A stretch of DNA of 64,000 nt from Naegleria gruberi (taxonomy: Eukaryota), in assembly GCA_000004985.1 (NCBI GenBank), contig GG738847.1. One strand, 5' to 3'. Under the pieces are notes generated by a model. It saw only the letters and a list, made by a program, of their open reading frames with translations, was not told the origin of the DNA and made no database searches. The position numbers and the translations under genes were made by a program. Shown piece by piece: positions 30,376-41,400 of the stretch (positions are counted from its first letter, which is position 1; every line of letters starts with the position of its first letter).

Positions 30376-32172
30376 ATGAGTAAACTCGATCGTTGCATAG
30401 CTCCCCTGATGCAGGGAAAAACAATGGACAAAATTACACCTTGTGTTCAAGTAACTGAAGCTCGTTCATCCGGTCAAAAGTTAATTGTTACTATTAGTGA
30501 TGGAATTAATTCTTGTCCTGCTGTTATTATTAAACCTTCTCAACCTGTTGATCAATATGCAGTCATTAAAATTTATGAAAGCTTGAAACACACAAAGGAA
30601 ATTGTTATCATTGTCAAGTATACTGTGGAAGAACGTTTAGATGCAGTGATCGGCAATCCAAAACCATATGCAACTGCTGGCGCAAGTGACACTTCATCAT
30701 CTGACAAGGTAAAGACAACATCAACAAGCAAAAGTAGTAGTTCTAGTGCTTCTACTTCTGTTCAACCAAAGGCTAAAAAGAGTTCTGGTACAACAGCTGC
30801 AGATAATTTCTATGATGATGGTGGAATGAGTAGTATTTTAGATGATGATAAACTTTCTAATGATCAAGCTAAACCAATTTCAAATCTCAATCCATATGAC
30901 AAAGTCTGGGTAATTAAGGCTAGAGTAACACAAAAGAGTGACATGAAACATTGGGACAAAGGAACAAGTAAGGGTTCTCTTTTCTCTATTGAATTATTAG
31001 ACGAATATGGTGGCCAGATTCGTGCTACTTTCTTCAATGATGTTGCCAAGAAATATTATGATGCTATCAAAGAACGTTCAGTTTACTTCTTCTCTGGTGG
31101 TAAATTGAAGGATGCAAATAGAAAGTTTACCACAATTCCACACCCTTATGAAATTACTTTTGACCGTGATACTGTTATTCAAAACGCTAGAGATTCTGAA
31201 ATTCCAACTGACACTTTCAATTGTACTAGATTATGTGACATGACAAATGTTGAAGATAACATGATTTTGGATGTTGCTGGTGTTGTTCAAAATATTGGAG
31301 AAACTAAAGAATTTACTACAAAGAATAATAGAAAGACCAAACGTTGCAATATCTCCTTAATTGATGACTCATCTTCTCCATTTTGTACTGTTGATTTAAC
31401 AATCTGGGGTGATATGTGTGATACTCATGATATGCAACAAGGAGATGTTGTTATTTTGAAAAGTGTAAGAAAGTCAAACTATGGTGGTGTTTCTCTTAAC
31501 ACTATTAATAGTACAAGAATCTTCAAAGATCCTGGAATTCCAATTTATCAACAATTATCTGAATGGTATCAAAATAATGAAGGATCGTTTGATGGTGAAG
31601 GTATCAAGTTGACTCAAAAGCAAGCTGCTGTAAATTCTGAAAGAACTTTCAAGAGAAAGAATGTTATTGCTGACTGTAAAAATATGAGTGTTGACACTGT
31701 TACTGCACCTGATTATCTTACTATTAGAGCTTATGTTTCATATATTAAACATGAGTTGTGGTATGACGCTTGTACAAATAAGGAATGTAACAAGAAAGTT
31801 CAACAAAATGAGGGTATTTACCATTGCTCATCATGTAATCATTCCTCTGATACATGTACCAGAAAGTTTTTGGCTAATTTGGGTATTACTGATTGGACTG
31901 GTAAACAGTATTGCAATGCATTCAATCAAGCTGTAGAGAAACTTTTCAGTGACATGACTGCTGATGATATGTGTGCAAGAGCAGCTGAACCTGAATACAT
32001 GCCATACCTTTTAGGTGAAAAAACATTCACCAGATATGTATTTACTGTTCGTGTTACCACTGAAACAACAAAGGAACCTAAACTCAAATTCACTATTATC
32101 AGAGTTACTCCAATTGACTATGCCAGAGAAGCTAAAAGCATTTTGAGCTTGATTAGAGATTACGATATTTAA
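30376..32172 (+). CDS. RPA1: Replication protein A large subunit (RPA70/RPA1), about 599 aa.
   Basis: An N-terminal OB fold is followed by a Ser/Thr-rich linker, the DBD-A/B OB folds (VWVIKARVTQKSDMKHWDKGTSKGSLFSIELLDEYGGQIRATFFND) and the C4 zinc ribbon of DBD-C (CTNKECNKKVQQNEGIYHCSSCNHS). It is a single exon. Confidence 0.85.
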   Translation: MSKLDRCIAPLMQGKTMDKITPCVQVTEARSSGQKLIVTISDGINSCPAVIIKPSQPVDQYAVIKIYESLKHTKEIVIIVKYTVEERLDAVIGNPKPYATAGASDTSSSDKVKTTSTSKSSSSSASTSVQPKAKKSSGTTAADNFYDDGGMSSILDDDKLSNDQAKPISNLNPYDKVWVIKARVTQKSDMKHWDKGTSKGSLFSIELLDEYGGQIRATFFNDVAKKYYDAIKERSVYFFSGGKLKDANRKFTTIPHPYEITFDRDTVIQNARDSEIPTDTFNCTRLCDMTNVEDNMILDVAGVVQNIGETKEFTTKNNRKTKRCNISLIDDSSSPFCTVDLTIWGDMCDTHDMQQGDVVILKSVRKSNYGGVSLNTINSTRIFKDPGIPIYQQLSEWYQNNEGSFDGEGIKLTQKQAAVNSERTFKRKNVIADCKNMSVDTVTAPDYLTIRAYVSYIKHELWYDACTNKECNKKVQQNEGIYHCSSCNHSSDTCTRKFLANLGITDWTGKQYCNAFNQAVEKLFSDMTADDMCARAAEPEYMPYLLGEKTFTRYVFTVRVTTETTKEPKLKFTIIRVTPIDYAREAKSILSLIRDYDI

Positions 32173-32258
32173 ATTCTTGGTTTTGTTGGCTTGTACCCTT
32201 CAATTCTACAAGAATTTTTTGTACATACACTTCTCTTTTCATTAATAAATTATTCACT

Positions 32259-35200
32259 TCATTTATTTGAGTTGCTTGGTTGGTCGGTTGTTGCCTGAGC
32301 TGGTATGGTTACCAGGTTGGAAGGAGTTGCAACAACAAAACATTCATTAAAGCAACTATCCACTTCATTCATATCGAAATCGTCTGCAATAGCATCTGAC
32401 CATTGTTGGAATTGTTTCGATACTGAAACAACATCTTCCTTTAGGTTTTTGATTGCCCTTCTGCTCAATCCTGTTCTCTGGAGTGATTGTACTCCTGTCT
32501 TCATTCTACTTGAATACATGATAACAATTTTGGTAAAGAGAGACTTTAAATCGTTTGGATGTGTGCTAAGGTATGACTTTAGAACCTTGTACACTGACAA
32601 TAATGCTTTAAGGATAGCTCCAAATGGAGAATCCTTTCTTTGTCCTCCATCCCAATCAAACTTTACAATTTCCTTAGCATGACCTTCTAAAACATCTTTC
32701 ATAATATCAAACAGCTTTTGGAAAATTGATTTCTTGTGTTCTTTTAGATCAGTGAGTAGATTATCAAATTTTGATAATTTTCCTTTCAAATATGAATCTG
32801 CATTTTCGATATAAATTTTAACTTGTGTTAGGAATGCAATTACTGCTCCCAATACTTCATATGTGAGAACTAAATGTTTGGCTGTAATAGTTTTCAAACC
32901 AGATTTTGAGTTGATGGCTCCAGCTTTTAAAATCAAATTTTTTACATCAATATTAAAAGTCTTTGATTATGAATTAGAAAATTATAAGAAGAAAAATCAA
33001 CATACTCCATACAAGTTACATATTCTTGTGCTTAATTCTAAACTGTTAATAAACTTTTGATGTTCTGGTGATAATAGATCTAGGAAATTCTTTGTCATTC
33101 TTACCAAGTGTAAAAAACTGGAACAGATTGGAAATTTCTCGTTGACTATTACTATATATTTGCTCTCAGATGTAGATGATTGAGATTCATCATTGAGGAC
33201 GCTCGTTGTTATGCTATTTACAGTCTCTTGATGTTTTGGCTGAATATTTTCAACCCAAATCCAATTCTCCTTTTCCAAAACTGATTTTATAATATCCAAG
33301 TGTTGCTTATCGAACTCATCCAAAAATGTTTTACCAACTGCTTGAATAGTACTTTTCAAAAAATTAATCTTCTTTCCCATAATTTTTTCACTAGTTTCTA
33401 TAAAAGTGAAACAAATATCCATAAACGTGAGTAATTCTGTTTTTGTGCTATTTTTAACAAGTGTCACTTCTCCTCTCAAAGATACAATCAATGAAAGTCT
33501 ATTATGAATTATTTCTGTAATTGTTGAATTAATCTTCTCAAATTCTCGTAATACGTAGGATGCTTTTGATTTTTCCTTCTCATTAACATCCTCCAATAAG
33601 TGGAATAAAACTACCATAATATCAGCACTCTTTTGGAGAAGGGACAGCCCTACAAAGACTAGATCTCTAATCAGTGATATATACTGATCAGTGGTTATTG
33701 CTCCTAATTGTTGTGTATTTTTGGAACTCAAGTATTTTGAACCACTATTTTCTGTTGAAGAGCTGTTGGAGGTTTTTAAATTTGGTGCATTTCCACCAGC
33801 AGTGTTAGGTTTGGATTGGGAAAGTTTCTTATCAATTGTTGAAGCAAGCCTCTCGTTCAGGAATGCCAGTAATTTTTCTCTGTATTTGTGAATAACAAAC
33901 TGTGTGTCAGTAACAACAATGATTGGTTTTACAATGCTTTCAAACTCTGCTTGTAAATTTTCTCTCGATTGATTATTCTCGGTTAATGTCTTGATAAAAT
34001 CTTGCAAAGATTCATTGGGCTTCTTTGGATCTTCGAATAAGGATATGTATCCTTCTATTAATTTGGAAATAAATAAATTTTGTGCTTTGGATTGAATTTC
34101 TATTGTCTTTTCGTTTAGTTTCTCTGGTAAATTTCTGAAGCACTTCAAGCTAGCAAACTCTGTTTTGATGACCTCTCTTGTTTCATTGATGAGCTCCAAA
34201 GCAGAGAGGAAATCATTGCGTTCAATCAATTCATCAATTATTTCTTGACCTTGTTGAATGGCATAAATTACTTTGTACATTTCTAGAGTTTTTTTAAGAT
34301 TCTTCCTTCTCCTTACAAGGGAAGTGACCTCCAGTGGTGTTTTAGATGATATATTGTCGATATCTTTGATTTTTTGACGTAGCTCCTTCACTAGAGGAAT
34401 AGCTACTTGTAAGTCATCATCTAACTGATTATATTGGAAGAAGGCATCAAAAATCTTTGAGGAACGGAATGTTATGTGTTGAATTAGTAAAATTTCAGTC
34501 TTGTCGAGGTAATGTGAAATTTTTTCTTGAAAAAGTAATGATGTCGACATGGCTTCCTCAGAGAAAATTTCTTGAAAAGTTTTGACATTTCCCAAATCAA
34601 ATCCCTCTTCAAAATATATTGCAGGTATCATTTCTCTATTAATTGCAATATCCATAGCAAAGGTACTTTCTAACTCTGACTCGTAATAGTTTGATTGAAT
34701 ATTTGGTTTGATTTTACTCTTCTCGTAGTTAATGTACAATTCTTCGATTCTGTCCAAGTATGAACTAATGTCTTTATCGGTCAATTCAATATCTGGTAAT
34801 TTAGTTGGTTCTACATATTTTTCCTTGTCACCATATCTATAATAATCTCCAATAGAATCAATCCATGAATAATTTTCCTATTAATGTCAAATTAATTATT
34901 TCCTACTGAAAAATACATACGTCATATTGTTCATTGATTATAGATGAGAAATTCTGACAAAAATTCATCGATTGAATAAACCTCAGCTGTTCCAATTGTG
35001 CTTCCCTAGACAAATTTGGCATTGAATTTGTTTTTTTATGATCACTGTCATCAGAGGGCGTAGCACTCAATGAATATAGATTAGGTACACTCGGAGATCT
35101 AATCCTATCATCAGAAGGTGAAGAAAAGTAGTTATCAAAATTCGGTGATGCAATTTTATCGCATGCTTTGCTGTTTTTCATTTCAAGCTTTGTAGGTATG

Positions 35201-35382
35201 GAATTATCACCATAATCCGATAAAGAATCCTCTCCTTCACTAACAACTTCAATATCCTCATAAAGTGAATCCATTTGCATTTGTATTTCATTACGATCTT
35301 GTTCACTCACAAGTTTTTTCTTTATAATTCCACTTTCCACTTCCGAAAGATGTTGATGATGAGATCCATCATCGTTAGACAT
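32259..35382 (-). CDS. VPS54: Vps54 (GARP complex subunit), about 1011 aa. Exons are 34921..35382, 33006..34877 and 32259..32960.
   Basis: FQEKISHYLDKTEILLIQHITFRSSKIFDAFFQYNQLDDDLQ and FLSALELINETREVIKTEFASLKCFRNL parallel human VPS54 (LQEKLSHYLDIVEVNIAHQISLRSEAFFHAMTSQHELQDYL; FVGALDLIATTQEVLQQELQGIHSFRHL). The two GTATGT...AG introns (43 and 45 nt) join ORFs 34903..35382, 32997..34784 and 32259..32936 in phase 0. Confidence 0.75.
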
Positions 35383-35417
35383 TTTTTTAAACTTGAAGAT
35401 TTTTCAATAAATATTTA

Positions 35418-38192
35418 TTACATCACACAACACTTCCATCGTTTCTTCTTCTTTTTCTTTGATTCTTCGTTTGGTGTATTGTTTGGAGTTGGTGTTGTTT
35501 CGATAAGATACTTGTTTCCTTTTCCATTGTTGGTTGTGTTTTGAGCAGAGACAAACAACTTGTCCTTTGGTTGCTCAATATAGTCAATATCTGTTTTTGG
35601 TTCTCTGCCGGAAGTATTCTCTTCTATTGATTCTGTGTGAGAATTGAGATCCTTAGTGTTGCTGGTTTTCACAGGGTCACTTGACAGAGTGTCAACTAGT
35701 TGAGTATTTGAATTGTTTCTGATTGGGAGTGCTATTTTTTTAGAACTGCTGTACACAACTTTTGGAGTTCTATCAGAGAGTTGAGGTTCGTCTTTAGTTT
35801 CCTCATTTTGATCTACTTGCTCGTGTGTCTGTGACTTGGTTTCAACTACAATAGAGGTGTAAGTCAGAGTTGATCCACTGTTAGGTGTTTCATGGTATCT
35901 AGATGAAATGTTTCCAAAGGTTCTTGCTGATATTGGAGCTTTGTGCTTGTCCTCTATTGGAGTCACCATTGGTGGGACAAAGTAACCCTTCTCGGATAAA
36001 GACCCCTTATCGTATCTAGAGAAAATTAAAGAGTAAATTTTAAATACTTCCTCTTTCTTCAAAGTTTCACAGTTTGCCAAACCTAATTTGCAAATTGACT
36101 TGGTAAATTGAACATCGTCAATGTTACAAATGAAGGCCAATTTTCTTGTCATGTGAATGTTAACTGTTTTGGATACTGAAGATTTGCTCGAGACAGGCCT
36201 ACAAAATTCAAAAAGGGTGTCTCCAAAGGTGTCAAGAAAGGCAGCAAGTTTTCTGCATATTTGAGATGATATCAAACATAGAATCATAAACACAGATTCT
36301 TTAGAAACAGCTCCACAACTCTTTACATCCAAGAAATCAAAAAAGTCCAAACAATTAAACTCACACCAGTGATCCAAGAGGTCGTCTGAATATTTACAAG
36401 CAAGTTGTAGAAAGTATTGAACTATTTCGCAAAAAGCTTCTTCATATATAACACAAGAGTTTGTTTTCAGCTTGGCCAATTCATCTCGTCTTGATTTTTC
36501 ATCAACACTTGAATAAATATCTTCAATTTCCTGTTCTTGTTGTTCACTAATCCACAGACAAAATAATTTGTATAGCTTCTCGCTCTCATACAGAATGCAC
36601 GTATGACTTCTGTCTACCATATTCCAAAATTCTTCTTTGTTTTCTGTTTGTAAAGTGCTTCTTGAAGACTTGGAGAAGCTCTGCTGGAGTGTGGCTATTT
36701 CCTTATCTTCAAAGTTTTTATATTCTTCTATCTCATCATAAATACTGCTTTGTTTCGACCTAGAGGTGGAGAGTGAAGATTCTTCGCTGTGATTTGGTGA
36801 GGTAATTAAGGATGGTTTTGGACTAGTCGATGCTTGTGAGGGAGACCTATTGAAAATAACATCCTCCACTACAGGTCTTGCACTAAGAATTTCTACAGAA
36901 TCAGTAACACTAGGTTTTGTTGGAGTACTGTCTTCGTGATGTTGCTCCAACACAATGTTTGAAGTCCTTGGAGTGGCCTTCTTGGAAGGCCTTGGAAGAG
37001 TTGTTGAGCTTGTTATTCCTCCATGGAGAATATTCGATTTTTTGGTTGATTTTGGGCTGGTGGATGCTGTAGGTCCAGTGATGTTTGTTTTTACAGGTGT
37101 CACAGTCACAATATTTTTCTTAGTAGTGACAACGGGCTCAGATGTGACAGTTCTTACTGGTGGTTTTTTAGGGACATTAAGTGGCACAGTACTTGGAAGC
37201 ATGGGAGGAGTATTATTCGTTATACTACTCAGATTGAGGGTAAGGTTAAACTTTTTGGCAATACTAGAAGATGATGAAGGTGTTGTCGGTTTAGTTTCAG
37301 GAACAATAAAGTCCTCATCGTCATCGTCATCGTAAGTATTGGAGATAAGCAGAGAATTGAATTGAGATGATGTAGAAGAGGTTGAACTCGTACTTCTTGA
37401 CGAAGAGGGTTGTGATGAGCTAAGAGGAACACTACCTATCAGTAAACTATTGGCTGGAGATGGAACAATGTCTTTCACCTTTGTTGATTGAGGCCTAGAA
37501 GAAATTTGTCTGGTTGGAGTGATCGGTGAATGAACTGATACATTACTTCTTGCTGAAAGAGTATTAGAATTTCTGGCACTGTTAAGCAATCCTCTGGCAG
37601 AGGGTGTATTTGTAACAACCTTAGCAGTGGCTTTGCTTGGTGTATAAACTGGGAGACTTTGTTGAGAAGAACTTCTCAGGTTTGGAACTGGTGGTTTTCT
37701 GAAGGATGATTTTGTTGTAGTAGAGGTTGTTGTTGAGGTTTTAGACGATTCTAATTGAGCTGATTTCCTTTGTGATGTCCCTATCGTTGTTCTTGCTGAA
37801 TGAAGGGATGTTGTAGATGTAGTGGAAGCTATTGATGAGGATGAGCCCGAACTTAAAAGAGGTCTACTAATGACTCCATTTTGACTATTGGATGACTTGT
37901 TATTTGAGGTTGTTTTTGTTGTAGTGGAGGAGGTAGTAAGAGTAGATTTTGGAGTTGTTGCTGAATGAGCTGATGAGGTGGATTTTACAAGGGATTTTGG
38001 GGTTACGGATTTCATGGGTGAAGGTTTAATAGATTTTGATTCCATCATTGAAGTATTGGAGAGTAAAACTGATGAAGAGGAAGATTGTTTTGAAATGTTA
38101 TTGCTGTTGTGTACTGGTGTATGATGATGACCAAAAAGCACTTGATAGGGAGGTGGTATACTTGATTGGATTGTTGCAGTCTCCGCCATCAT
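35418..38192 (-). CDS. Hypothetical protein of 924 aa. The N-terminal 450 aa or so are a Ser/Thr-rich mucin-like disordered region. The C-terminal 350 aa or so form a Cys/Trp-containing globular domain of unknown family.
   Basis: Single ORF. The C-terminal block EEFWNMVDRSHTCILYESEKLYKLFCLWISEQ...LDHWCEFNCLDFFDFLDVKSCGAV looks structured. The stop lies only 35 bp upstream of the Vps54 ATG. Confidence 0.45.
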   Translation of the reverse strand: MMAETATIQSSIPPPYQVLFGHHHTPVHNSNNISKQSSSSSVLLSNTSMMESKSIKPSPMKSVTPKSLVKSTSSAHSATTPKSTLTTSSTTTKTTSNNKSSNSQNGVISRPLLSSGSSSSIASTTSTTSLHSARTTIGTSQRKSAQLESSKTSTTTSTTTKSSFRKPPVPNLRSSSQQSLPVYTPSKATAKVVTNTPSARGLLNSARNSNTLSARSNVSVHSPITPTRQISSRPQSTKVKDIVPSPANSLLIGSVPLSSSQPSSSRSTSSTSSTSSQFNSLLISNTYDDDDDEDFIVPETKPTTPSSSSSIAKKFNLTLNLSSITNNTPPMLPSTVPLNVPKKPPVRTVTSEPVVTTKKNIVTVTPVKTNITGPTASTSPKSTKKSNILHGGITSSTTLPRPSKKATPRTSNIVLEQHHEDSTPTKPSVTDSVEILSARPVVEDVIFNRSPSQASTSPKPSLITSPNHSEESSLSTSRSKQSSIYDEIEEYKNFEDKEIATLQQSFSKSSRSTLQTENKEEFWNMVDRSHTCILYESEKLYKLFCLWISEQQEQEIEDIYSSVDEKSRRDELAKLKTNSCVIYEEAFCEIVQYFLQLACKYSDDLLDHWCEFNCLDFFDFLDVKSCGAVSKESVFMILCLISSQICRKLAAFLDTFGDTLFEFCRPVSSKSSVSKTVNIHMTRKLAFICNIDDVQFTKSICKLGLANCETLKKEEVFKIYSLIFSRYDKGSLSEKGYFVPPMVTPIEDKHKAPISARTFGNISSRYHETPNSGSTLTYTSIVVETKSQTHEQVDQNEETKDEPQLSDRTPKVVYSSSKKIALPIRNNSNTQLVDTLSSDPVKTSNTKDLNSHTESIEENTSGREPKTDIDYIEQPKDKLFVSAQNTTNNGKGNKYLIETTPTPNNTPNEESKKKKKKRWKCCVM

Positions 38193-38435
38193 GCCATTTT
38201 TTGAAAGTGCCTAACGTCCCCCAACAACTCAGTTATAATTATTATTTGTAGAGAGAAAATAATCGTAATGGCGCCAAAAAACAATTCTGAACACTAGGGT
38301 GAGCTAATAAGGTTTTGGTACTTTCGTGTTGCTCTCTGCGCTATCTCTCTAGATATAAGAGTTGAGGGTAGTCTTTTTACGAGACGCACTTGAGGTAACG
38401 ATTATGAGACGTAATTTACTAAATTAATGCAATAT

Positions 38436-41400
38436 TTATTCAAAAAGGTTGTCCACATCTGCCTCTTCATGATTCTCTTCCTCAGTGCTACTACTGGCTA
38501 GAACTGTTGGCTTAGATGGTTCCAATGCTGTTTGAGAGGAAGCATCTTCCATCATACTGAAATTCAAAAAGTGATGAGGACGATGGACTTCATGATAAAA
38601 TTCCTTAGGAACTCCAAGAGTTACGCCATATTCCATATTTTCAGTATGACCATAGCCCATAAAGAAGTAATTCCAAGAACCTTCGTCAGGAACCATAAAG
38701 AATCCCATATAAGATTCTGACAAAATAATTTGGACTCCCTCATAGAAAGCAGCATGATTGAATCCTTGTGGTTCATCACTGAAAATATCCTTATTCTTTC
38801 TACCCCAGTCAAAACCTTCTGGTGTTAACTTGTGTGCAGTAAGATTGCATGAACCAGGAGTAATTTGACAGGTAATAGTAATGGTCTTTTCACCATCCCA
38901 AGATTTGTGTTGGTTCATAACTTTGGAGTGGAATGTGACATCTTGAGGGGTGAGTCTGGTATGACTTGCAGAAGCAGGTTGAGTGTGAATCCAACCAAGT
39001 GGTTCCAATCCTGACAAAATGTCATGTTCTGGTAATTGTTTTGGAACAGCTACAGTCTTATGTGATCCTAATTGAGGAACCAAAACGATACAGTGGATTT
39101 CTTTAACCTTAGGATTGTCTTCAGGAGATTTACCATAACAATAACCCATTACTTGAGTTCTCAAATCTGAAATAGAAATAAACTTCTTCAAAATATTCAT
39201 TGGAAGTACAAAGTCATAGGCGCTCTCAGCAATATCTTCTTGTTCAATGAAAATACGTTTTGTTCTGATTTGAAGATTAGGAGCAGCAATAGCTCTCATT
39301 CTCCAATCGGTCTTACTACTGAATGTTTCTTGTTCGTATGGTGTATTGGTAACAGTAATAATCTCTTCACCATATTGGTTAATCTTTTTGGTTGTGATTG
39401 TGGTGAGTTGGGTGGCTTCTTTTGCCTCTTTCTCAATTTCAGCAATTTGTTGTTGTTGAACTGATGGTGGTGCAATATCCATACCAAGAATAATATCACG
39501 AACTTCTGATTGAGTCAATGATGTAACCTTGACATTGTTTCGTTTACCATAATTTGACAAGATTAAATCTTTCAGAGCAACTTCAACTTTCACCCAAGTT
39601 TGATCGTCCAAAGTTGGCCAAACATGGTGAGGTTGTGTGATGGTTGTCTTGCTTGGTCTTAAAATCATCTTTGTCTTATCAGGGTTAACATCAAAGGCAC
39701 GTAAGGTCAAGATCAATCTGAGGAAGGCTGTGTATGAGTTAATTGATTCACGCCAATCATCATAAATATTGAATACCAACATTTTTGGCTCAGTTGCCTT
39801 CATTACCAAGTCATTGAATTTGTCAATCTTGAGAATTGATTGGAATGGTAATTTCAATTCACTTCCCTTGATAACAATATTAGGGAAGTCCAACAAGTGA
39901 ACTTCTAATGGATCAAGCAAACCCTTTCTAGTAACAATAATTTGTTTTGGTTGTTCTTCAACTGGAAGTGATCTAATCAAACTTGTAACTTCTTCAGCAG
40001 TCTTCCATTTGGCCAATTGGCCTTTACGCTTTTGGCCAGCCCATACACTTGTGTGAATAATCTTCAAATACAATTGACCAGTCTTTGGATTGAAAATATA
40101 AATAGCACCATTTACAGGTTTTGAAGTAGAGTTACCTTCACTAGTTTGGTGAATAACTACACGATAAACATCTGAGTCATCAACAAACCAAATGGTTTGA
40201 TTACTAAACAATTCACCATAGTTTTGACTGTTCAAATATGGTTCAGTTGGTTCAGAAGAGTACAATTGCAAACCCTTTCTGATACGTTCTCTGAGGACAT
40301 AAAGAGCAGGATTGGCTTTCATAATTTTAGCCATAGCCTTACGAATGAGAGGCTTGGATCCGTGGAACCAACATCCATAAGCTGACATGTAGTTATAAGC
40401 TAAATCAATACCGATCAAGACACCAGTTGGAGATGGATAGAATGAAAGATTATCATTAGAATATTCCAAGAACTTGGATCTAGAATATCTTTCAATATCA
40501 TGAGAATCAAAATCACCCCATCTCAATTGAACGTCAATCCAATACTTATTAGAACTAGAGTCATAGGTATCGTTTGGATCTGTCAATAGAGAAGGTTTAG
40601 TAATTTGCCACTTGTATGCAGCAAACAATAAAACATCTGCACAAGAAGAGTTCATCTTGTAAGACTTTCTAGGATGGATTGTTTCCTTTTGTACTGTTTG
40701 AATTTGAAGAGTATCAACTTGTTGATCGAATACTTGACAAAGATCCCAAACTACACTTTCATGGATCTTTTGCCACAAGTGAGCTCTGAAGATTTGAATC
40801 AATGAAATCTTGAGGGTTGGAATCTTACCATGCATGAAAATACCTGTCAAATCCAATTGAACTTGGAAACCAACATAGACATTGGCACGGTTAATAGTTG
40901 GAGACCACCACAAGGTAAATCTTCTGTTTGGAATTTGGTTCAAACCTGAACGCTGAGCATTTGTAAGCTTTTTAAACTTCATACTTTCTTCAAACCCACT
41001 TGCACGTTCCCAGAAAAGACCTTCCCAAGTAACAAAGTAAGTACCCTTGAACAAACTGTGTTCCAAAATACATTCTACACCACCAAGGGCTTGAATCATG
41101 TCAGTTCTATAGTTATTCAATGACCAAAGTTTACCATCATGTCTAGTTTGAGTCCACCAGAAAGGATTTTGTTTAAGTACTTGATAAGCCTTGAATTCAT
41201 TTCTGACTCTCCAGCCCTTATCATAGGCGAGAATGTGTCTGTCCTTTTGGAAAAGTGTATTAATTCTAGGAATACCTCTATCCCAAGAATCTTCCAAGTC
41301 TTCAAGTCCTAACTTTCTATTCTTTTCAAGAGCTTCTCTTCTCTTGGCTGCATATTCTGCCCAAACACGTTGAGAGTCAACAAATTCTGATTGCCAAGGT

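Noticed and set aside
38193-38435. A GC-richer 243-bp spacer lies between the Prp8 stop and the next gene's start; I considered it as an ncRNA.
   Set aside because: It must contain the Prp8 3' UTR/polyA site and the downstream gene's promoter/5' UTR. There is no DUSE-like motif or recognisable RNA family signature.
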